DNA of 64,000 nucleotides from Candidatus Hydrothermales bacterium (GTDB lineage Bacteria; Hydrothermota; Hydrothermia; Hydrothermales; JAJRUZ01): NCBI GenBank assembly GCA_039630235.1, contig JBCNVI010000005.1, positions 37,690 to 101,689 of the forward strand, read 5' to 3'. Shown piece by piece: positions 58,511 to 64,000 of this stretch (position 1 is its first letter; each line of letters starts with the position of its first letter). The notes under the pieces were generated by a model. It saw only the letters and a program-made list of their open reading frames with translations, ran no database searches and was not told where the DNA came from. The position numbers and the translations under genes were made by a program.

Positions 58511-59008
58511 TTAATCAGGTATAACTCTTTGTAAAGTGACAGTTAAATAAATTTTAAACTTATAATTATTTCCATCTCTTCCATAGAAAGTTAAAAAAGC
58601 ATTAACCGGACCTTCAAAATTACCTTTATCTGGTGCAAAAAGATTCTCAACATCATCTGTAACTAAATCAATCCTTGTAGTTGTCTCTCCATCTGGAGGA
58701 ATATAAAGGGAGGTTCCAAAAGTATATCCAGGCAATTCTTCAACTATAGAATCTCTAACAGGATCATCTCCAGCATAATGATAATCAACACTCGCAGAAT
58801 CGATTATTCCATAGGTTCCTCCATATGTCTCTCTAAAAGTAACTTGAAGCTGAGGATATGTTAACTTTATCTGCCCCTGAGTTATCTCATAAACAAGAGT
58901 TATTGTTTGAGGATTACATGTTACAACTATTTGAGCTTTTGGATAAAAGGGGTTATTAAATCTGCATCCGATGGTGAAAATAAAGGCGATTAATAATATT
59001 CCTCTCAT
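58511..59008 (-). CDS. Lipoprotein (165 aa) in the pilin locus; possibly a pilus-associated protein
   Basis: Lipobox FTIGC; no recognisable domain. Embedded between the Flp pilins and the TadE-like genes. Confidence 0.4.
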   Translation of the reverse strand: MRGILLIAFIFTIGCRFNNPFYPKAQIVVTCNPQTITLVYEITQGQIKLTYPQLQVTFRETYGGTYGIIDSASVDYHYAGDDPVRDSIVEELPGYTFGTSLYIPPDGETTTRIDLVTDDVENLFAPDKGNFEGPVNAFLTFYGRDGNNYKFKIYLTVTLQRVIPD

Positions 59009-59017
59009 AAAATTATT

Positions 59018-59791
59018 TTACTTAAAATATGTTGAAATATCAAAAACTGCTTTACGAAGAGGAGGAGTTTTTAAAATTACATGTACAAGTGGCATAGGTG
59101 CCGGAAAAGCACAATTTGCTACCACCTTTCTTTCTTTTAAATCTCCTTTAAATCCAGCTGCCCTTAAAATTGGATTAATCAAATCAAGTAATGGGGCACC
59201 CACGGGATATTCAACCCTTACATTAACTATCCAAACATCTGAACTTATACTATACTTTGTATATCTATATCTCTCATCCCTATCAAATTCATTTTCAAGT
59301 TCCTGCCTTACTAACATTGAGTGGCACCTTGTATCACAATTGTCGCCACCGATCATATCAGTATACATAGCATGAACTGTTGCTCTTCCTCTATATCCTG
59401 GATTTTGAACATTTTCTTCTTTAAGTGTAAAAGGTAAAGAAAACCAATTAATACTAATATTTGCCTTATCAGGGTTTAATCCATTTCTTTTTAAAACATC
59501 TTTAACTATTTCTCTTACCTTTTGTCCCTTTCCACCTGAAAGAGGAATAAAAACTCCCATTGTAGCCATCTGATTTCCGTAAACAGGATCAGGAGTTACA
59601 GCATATTGAGCCCCTGCTCTTGCCGCTATAGTTACAACCTGCTTTTTATGTAATATATAACCTAACATGTATATCCACGCAACAAGAAGTAGCAAAATAG
59701 GCAGAATTATAGCAAACTCTACCAAAAATGCTCCCCTTCTCAGCCTCTTTATTTTCTTCATTTTTTCCTCCTTTTTTAATGGTAGGGCCAT
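59018..59791 (-). CDS. TadE-like pseudopilin (257 aa)
   Basis: N-terminus RLRRGAFLVEFAIILPILLLLVAWIY matches the TadE-like motif (G.xxVEFAxxxPxLLxL…). Confidence 0.6.
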   Translation of the reverse strand: MALPLKKEEKMKKIKRLRRGAFLVEFAIILPILLLLVAWIYMLGYILHKKQVVTIAARAGAQYAVTPDPVYGNQMATMGVFIPLSGGKGQKVREIVKDVLKRNGLNPDKANISINWFSLPFTLKEENVQNPGYRGRATVHAMYTDMIGGDNCDTRCHSMLVRQELENEFDRDERYRYTKYSISSDVWIVNVRVEYPVGAPLLDLINPILRAAGFKGDLKERKVVANCAFPAPMPLVHVILKTPPLRKAVFDISTYFK

Positions 59792-60795
59792 TGTCCCTCA
59801 ATTGGATTTTGACCTTCAACCCTTATAGTTGGAATTAACTGTGGAAAACTCCAATAACCATCTTCACTAAGATTTCCCAAAATTGGAATATTAACTGGTA
59901 AGCCTATCCTTATATAAAATTCTTTGGGTCCAGCTGCAGCATCTGCCCTAACAGGAAGATATAATCCCTCAATAAATCTAAAAGGTTCCCTAATCGCTCC
60001 TATTTTTCCCCAATTTCTCGTAAAAAACATTCTCATAAGGAAGTTGGAAGGTGGAACCCAAACATAAGCTTCACTGTAGGCTCTCCCAAGTTTTTTATTA
60101 ATCTCAATTTCATCATTTATATTTCTTATCCTTCTATGGGGGTGAGGCCCATTAACTTCCTCACCGTAATCAACCCTTAAACCTTCTGGGGCCCAATCGG
60201 GACCTTCTTTGTCAAACCTCAATCTAACAAATCCCCACTCATTAGACTCAAGCTGATTATCCATGTAAAGATTTAAGTAGCCAAGAGCAAAAGATACATA
60301 CCTCATAATATTACGCGTTCTTGAAAACTCATTCTCAGCCTCTTCCTTTATAAAATCTCTGAAAAATATCTTTGAATCATAAGCAGCAAGCATTCTTGTA
60401 ACAGCAAAATCTTGAATATGAAACATAAAATGATAAAGTTTAACTAAATTGGAAGCAAAATCATCAGGAAAATCATTTACAAATAGATCCTTTTTATACC
60501 AAGAATAAAAAGTTAAATAAGAAAACAGCCATGGCATACTAAGCGGAAAATTCCGATGAGTTGTTGTTACTGCTATTCTTCTAAATAAATCAGCTACCAT
60601 ATAGTGTGTTGTGGCAGTATTCCTTAAATTAGATAAAACAGTTTGAGCACCCATTGCTGAGGCATCTGCAGCATTTTGAGCACGAATCTTGGCTAAAGTT
60701 AATCTACTCATCTCATAGAAGTAACCCATAACAGCAAAAATTATAAGCATAAAAAATATTCCAAACACTAAAACTGCACCCTTTCTTTTTTTCAT
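59776..60795 (-). CDS. TadG-like pseudopilin (339 aa; Tad_N / pilus assembly TadG N-terminal domain)
   Basis: N-terminal KGAVLVFGIFFMLIIFAVMGYFYEMSRLTLAKIRAQNAADASAMGAQ matches the TadG N-terminal signature (…L.laK..LQnAADAAALAGA). Confidence 0.6.
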   Translation of the reverse strand: MKKRKGAVLVFGIFFMLIIFAVMGYFYEMSRLTLAKIRAQNAADASAMGAQTVLSNLRNTATTHYMVADLFRRIAVTTTHRNFPLSMPWLFSYLTFYSWYKKDLFVNDFPDDFASNLVKLYHFMFHIQDFAVTRMLAAYDSKIFFRDFIKEEAENEFSRTRNIMRYVSFALGYLNLYMDNQLESNEWGFVRLRFDKEGPDWAPEGLRVDYGEEVNGPHPHRRIRNINDEIEINKKLGRAYSEAYVWVPPSNFLMRMFFTRNWGKIGAIREPFRFIEGLYLPVRADAAAGPKEFYIRIGLPVNIPILGNLSEDGYWSFPQLIPTIRVEGQNPIEGQWPYH

Positions 60796-60807
60796 ATTAA
60801 ACCTCCT

Positions 60808-62223
60808 TTATTGCTTCTCTTCACCATCCCATTCATCCCAAGGACTTTCATACCATAAACAATCCCACTCTGTCCCCCAACCCCTTAAATCATCCTTGAG
60901 GGGTAAGGATGCACCGTGATTAGGATGATCAACCAAAAAACCTTCAACAAGGTATATCCATTCAAGTTCATTAAAGGTAGCAACATAAAAGGCAGCATCA
61001 TATAGTCTTCGTGTTCCCTTCCAATCCCAAGGTTCACGAGTACCTATGTAATTAGCAAACCACCCGCTAAAGAATGTAAATTGAAAATCATCCCCTACAC
61101 CAGCTCCAGGTATACAACCCCAGGGTGTTTTTATAGGATTCCAACATGCATCAGCATAAGCAGTTCCCCATCCTGAAATATAGTTATCTTCATCCTCATA
61201 ATACTCACTCCATGGATCAGAAAACCACTGGTTGCCCATTCCTATATAGTAAATACCTGTAACAAGATCAGCACATCCAACTGGAGTCCACCAAAGAGCC
61301 TCATACCTCGGCCAAAAACCAAACCAATAAGGTATTGCATACCCCTGCGAATCAAAATATTCCAAAATATCAGCCCTATAGGTATGTGCATCTCCCCCCT
61401 TATTTATATTATTTCCATGTCCAAAACCAGTAATAGCTCTTGACCAATATGGTTTATTTTCAGGAATTAAAGTTAAAAATGGAAAGAAAGAATAACCAAA
61501 GAGCATCGCCTCTATAAAATAATATTGATCAATGAGTGCCTGCTCTCCGGTTCTATCTTTTTCTGGTCCTCTATTTCTCAAAATTCCATAAGGTGGGTAC
61601 CAACCTCCAAGATGGAAGGGATCATTTGGTTCATCTTTTCCACCAACCTTAATTTCTGCTTCTCCTCCTCCTCCATATTCACCAAATGGACCCCAACCGG
61701 GTCTCCAAGCCTCATACTTATTATTTTCACATCTTATAAAGGCTCTTAAATATCTATCGTAAGTTAAAATACCAGCTTCTCTTTCATCTTCCATATCAGA
61801 AGTGTTCCATAGTGCTGGGTAATAACTACTATACCCCCTATACCTATAGGGGAACTCTTTGTTTTGAAAATGACCCTTTGGCAATCTTGAATAGCCTTCC
61901 AAGACAAGGGAATCTACTTTAAAAAATCTTATAAGGGGTCGAAAAGTTTTTTTAACTGAAAGAGAATATTCTTCACCTTCATCCTTTAATTTAATTTTGG
62001 CATCCTTTATATGACTAGATATTTCATTAAGAGCCTTACGGACTGCAACAGTATCTCCTTTGTTTACTATTGCCACTCTATTTGCCTGAAAGGAGGCGTA
62101 AGTAATTTGGATTCTTCTTAAAGCGAACCTTGCTGTTTCAATTGCTCCAAGGGTAAGCATTAAAAAAATTGCCATCCCAATAACTGCCTCCACCATCACT
62201 TGACCCTTTTTTCTATTGCTCAT
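60808..62223 (-). CDS. Giant TadE-like pseudopilin (471 aa) with Trp/Gly/Tyr/Pro-rich C-terminal domain
   Basis: N-terminus KKGQVMVEAVIGMAIFLMLTLGAIETARF is a TadE-like motif. The C-terminal ~300 aa contain about 25 Trp residues (WYPPYG, YWFGFWPRYEALWWTPVG, WGTEWDCLWYESPWDEWDGEEKQ). Confidence 0.5.
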   Translation of the reverse strand: MSNRKKGQVMVEAVIGMAIFLMLTLGAIETARFALRRIQITYASFQANRVAIVNKGDTVAVRKALNEISSHIKDAKIKLKDEGEEYSLSVKKTFRPLIRFFKVDSLVLEGYSRLPKGHFQNKEFPYRYRGYSSYYPALWNTSDMEDEREAGILTYDRYLRAFIRCENNKYEAWRPGWGPFGEYGGGGEAEIKVGGKDEPNDPFHLGGWYPPYGILRNRGPEKDRTGEQALIDQYYFIEAMLFGYSFFPFLTLIPENKPYWSRAITGFGHGNNINKGGDAHTYRADILEYFDSQGYAIPYWFGFWPRYEALWWTPVGCADLVTGIYYIGMGNQWFSDPWSEYYEDEDNYISGWGTAYADACWNPIKTPWGCIPGAGVGDDFQFTFFSGWFANYIGTREPWDWKGTRRLYDAAFYVATFNELEWIYLVEGFLVDHPNHGASLPLKDDLRGWGTEWDCLWYESPWDEWDGEEKQ

Positions 62224-62236
62224 ACTTTACTCCTTT

Positions 62237-62389
62237 TTACCATAGAAGATTATATAAAAGCCTCATCACAACAAAACGTAAAGTAAATCCTAGAATTTTC
62301 CAAAAAAGGTAGGATGAGAGGGCTATAACTCCAATTATCATTGCGTACTCTACAGCTGCAGCACCTTCCTCGTTTTTTAAAAATTTCAT
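62237..62389 (-). CDS. flp: Flp-family pilin (50 aa from the ATG at 62387-62389)
   Basis: MKFLKNEEGAAAVEYAMIIGVIALSSYLFWKILGFTLRFVVMRLLYNLLW. G-x4-EY motif and a hydrophobic, aromatic-rich C-terminus. Confidence 0.6.
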   Translation of the reverse strand: MKFLKNEEGAAAVEYAMIIGVIALSSYLFWKILGFTLRFVVMRLLYNLLW

Positions 62390-62556
62390 GGTTTTAACCT
62401 CCAGAAGACTTTTTGCCACTTATAAATAAAATCAGAACCTAAAATAAAAAGAGCGTAATTCAAAAGAAAAATACCAAGAAAACCAAAAATACCGATCAAG
62501 ACCGCATACTCAACTGCGGCCTCACCCCCTTCATTTAATAATATTTTCTTTTTCAT
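62386..62556 (-). CDS. flp: Flp-family pilin (56 aa from the ATG at 62554-62556)
   Basis: MKKKILLNEGGEAAVEYAVLIGIFGFLGIFLLNYALFILGSDFIYKWQKVFWRLKP. The stop overlaps the downstream flp ATG (ATGA). Confidence 0.6.
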   Translation of the reverse strand: MKKKILLNEGGEAAVEYAVLIGIFGFLGIFLLNYALFILGSDFIYKWQKVFWRLKP

Positions 62557-62638
62557 CCCCTTTTCTCTCCTTTCTGTTAGGGATTCCAATTTATTATAAT
62601 TCAAAAAACTTTTTCTGTCAAGGGGAATATGGAAAACT

Positions 62639-63802
62639 TTAAAAGCCATAGAGGCTTAGAAATTTTCTTAACATTTTACTTTCTTGTTCATTGAGAGAAT
62701 CTTTTAAATTATTTAGAAAGAGGAGAATTTCTTCACTTTCTACTCTGGGGTTTAAAACAGAAAGAGTGATGGTAAATAAAAGAGAGTAGTCCTTTTCCTT
62801 AAGGATTCTTTCTTTTTCTAGTTTCCAGAAGTTTACTCTCTGATCTATAGATTTGTAATGGGGAGGAGCTGAAATATATTTAAGTTGGGAAATTTCAAGA
62901 AAAATATCAAAGTCTCTTAAATCTCCGTTTAGTAATGATAATTCAGAGAGTTTAAGATAATCATAAAACTCCTTTTTATCTACTTTTGATAAAACATTTA
63001 TTGCTTTGGAAAATTTCTTCTCATTTTTGAAGATTTCAGAGGAAAATCTAAATAAGTGATTTTTGAAATCTGGAAATGGAATTTTACTGCCTAAGGCAAA
63101 AAAGGTCAATCCTAAAATAATTGAGTAAATAAAAAATAAAAAGTTATAAAGGATTGAAAATTTTCTATAAATAAAAAAGCAAAGGCTGAAGACAAAAAAG
63201 GCTACAATAGTAGCTGATGATTGGATAGAAATACACAGGAAGGAGAGAATTAAAGGTAAAATGTAAATTTTATTTTTTTCAAAGGAGATATACAGAAAAA
63301 AAACAGAAAAGGATTGGAGAATAATATAAAGAATATTGCCGGGTAAAAACAAAAATTTTGGAAAAATTTCACTAATCTTAACTGAAAACAAAATAGTTAT
63401 AAAAAGGGTAATAAAAGAGTAAAAAAGAGACAAAATGTTAACTCTTTTTGGAAAGTATTCTTTAAAAGCAAAGGGGCCAAGGATAATAATAATAATAATA
63501 AAAATCATATTAGGTATAGTTGGTTTAGCGATAAAAATAGGAGTAACAAGAGAATAATAGTAAAGTTCTTCAACAGCAAAAATTGAACTTAAAAGAAGTG
63601 GAAGGAAAGGAAAAATAAAAAAATTTAGTATAGATAAAAGTATTCTTTTTGCGCCTTTTAATTTTAAAAATAGGTAAGTTGATAACAAGAGATCTATTAT
63701 AAGAACCTCTATTTTTACACCTGGAGTTGCACCGAAAGTTTGAGTAAATGGTGAAGTGAAAAGAGAAAAATAAATTGGAAGGATTTGAGAGGTACTGCTC
63801 AA
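62639..63802 (-). CDS. Polytopic membrane protein with C-terminal soluble domain (387 aa; start codon uncertain, TTG in the ORF track)
   Basis: About 8-10 TM helices, then about 150 aa of soluble Lys/Glu/Leu-rich domain. Not T2SSF/TadBC-like. A stop codon lies immediately upstream of the TTG. Confidence 0.3.
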   Translation of the reverse strand: MSSTSQILPIYFSLFTSPFTQTFGATPGVKIEVLIIDLLLSTYLFLKLKGAKRILLSILNFFIFPFLPLLLSSIFAVEELYYYSLVTPIFIAKPTIPNMIFIIIIIILGPFAFKEYFPKRVNILSLFYSFITLFITILFSVKISEIFPKFLFLPGNILYIILQSFSVFFLYISFEKNKIYILPLILSFLCISIQSSATIVAFFVFSLCFFIYRKFSILYNFLFFIYSIILGLTFFALGSKIPFPDFKNHLFRFSSEIFKNEKKFSKAINVLSKVDKKEFYDYLKLSELSLLNGDLRDFDIFLEISQLKYISAPPHYKSIDQRVNFWKLEKERILKEKDYSLLFTITLSVLNPRVESEEILLFLNNLKDSLNEQESKMLRKFLSLYGF

Positions 63803-64000
63803 ATAACTTAAAACAAAACCCTTTCCTCCTGAAATTATGTAATCAACAAAGGGGGGTAATATAATAATAGAAAAACCGTAACATGTAAGCTTGAAAATAA
63901 ATTCTTTTTCAAAAAAAAGCCTTAAATAAAGATATATGATTATAAATAATACGATAAAAAAAAGATAAAAATGTAAAATAAAATCAAATTTGTTTTCAAC

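Noticed and set aside
1-64000. CRISPR arrays, IS elements or transposases, and defence-system domains (nucleases, helicases, TIR, Sir2, methylase-restriction pairs)
   Set aside because: Visual scan found no regularly spaced direct repeats and no ORFs with such motifs. The repeats present are the flp paralogs and the internal protein-domain duplication in the protease.
63803-64000. Additional gene at the extreme 3' edge
   Set aside because: Reverse-strand translation upstream of the 387-aa ORF hits a stop codon immediately (taa at 63809-63811). The remaining 190 nt are AT-rich with only very short ORFs and are likely a promoter region.

Overview
This is an AT-rich window (about 30% GC) of roughly 60 densely packed genes from a bacterium with Lys/Glu/Ile-rich proteins. 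The lineage could not be assigned. It combines Firmicutes-like housekeeping traits (RNase Y, pheST-zapA) with diderm surface traits: an outer-membrane lipoprotein ending in Phe, and four large secreted proteins carrying T9SS/Por-type C-terminal sorting domains.

Layout:
(i) 1-5.5 kb: a partial pilM-like gene, an SPFH (stomatin/prohibitin/flotillin/HflK/C) membrane protein, and a metabolic block (biotinyl carrier, split methylmalonyl-CoA mutase, PLP Cys/Met enzyme, FAD oxidoreductase).
(ii) 5.5-18.1 kb: a surface-polysaccharide locus with two GT4 glycosyltransferases, two tandem Wzy/O-antigen-ligase-like paralogs, a GT-C-like membrane protein, a NodU/CmcH carbamoyltransferase with two tiny membrane proteins and a membrane SGNH hydrolase, and three methyltransferases. 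A tRNA-Gly(CCC) lies in the middle of it.
(iii) 18-27.5 kb: surface/secreted proteins, a TauE/SafE-family membrane protein (putative sulfite exporter) and an MFS transporter, and two secreted amidohydrolases.
(iv) 27.5-46.9 kb: a housekeeping block (ispG, rny, rarA, zapA plus an unlisted zapB-like sORF, pheT, pheS, rplT, acyl-CoA dehydrogenase, SufU-like, tig-clpP-clpX, amidase, smpB, proline dehydrogenase, folE).
(v) 48-57 kb: T9SS-tailed cargo, including an LVIVD beta-propeller and an M36 fungalysin-like protease with an internal duplication.
(vi) 57-63.8 kb: a Tad/Flp-type pilin locus, the most interesting region. It has an A24 prepilin peptidase, five tandem Flp pilin genes (four under 60 aa and absent from the ORF track), a lipoprotein, three TadE/TadG-like pseudopilins including a 471-aa Trp-rich one, two more Flp pilins, and a polytopic membrane protein. 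No CpaF/TadBC/secretin core is in the window.

A recurrent 13-nt tRNA T-arm-like hairpin motif (GGGTTCAAnTCCC) sits 16-32 nt upstream of the start codons of seven surface/pilin genes. No CRISPR arrays, transposases, tmRNA or defence-system domains were seen.
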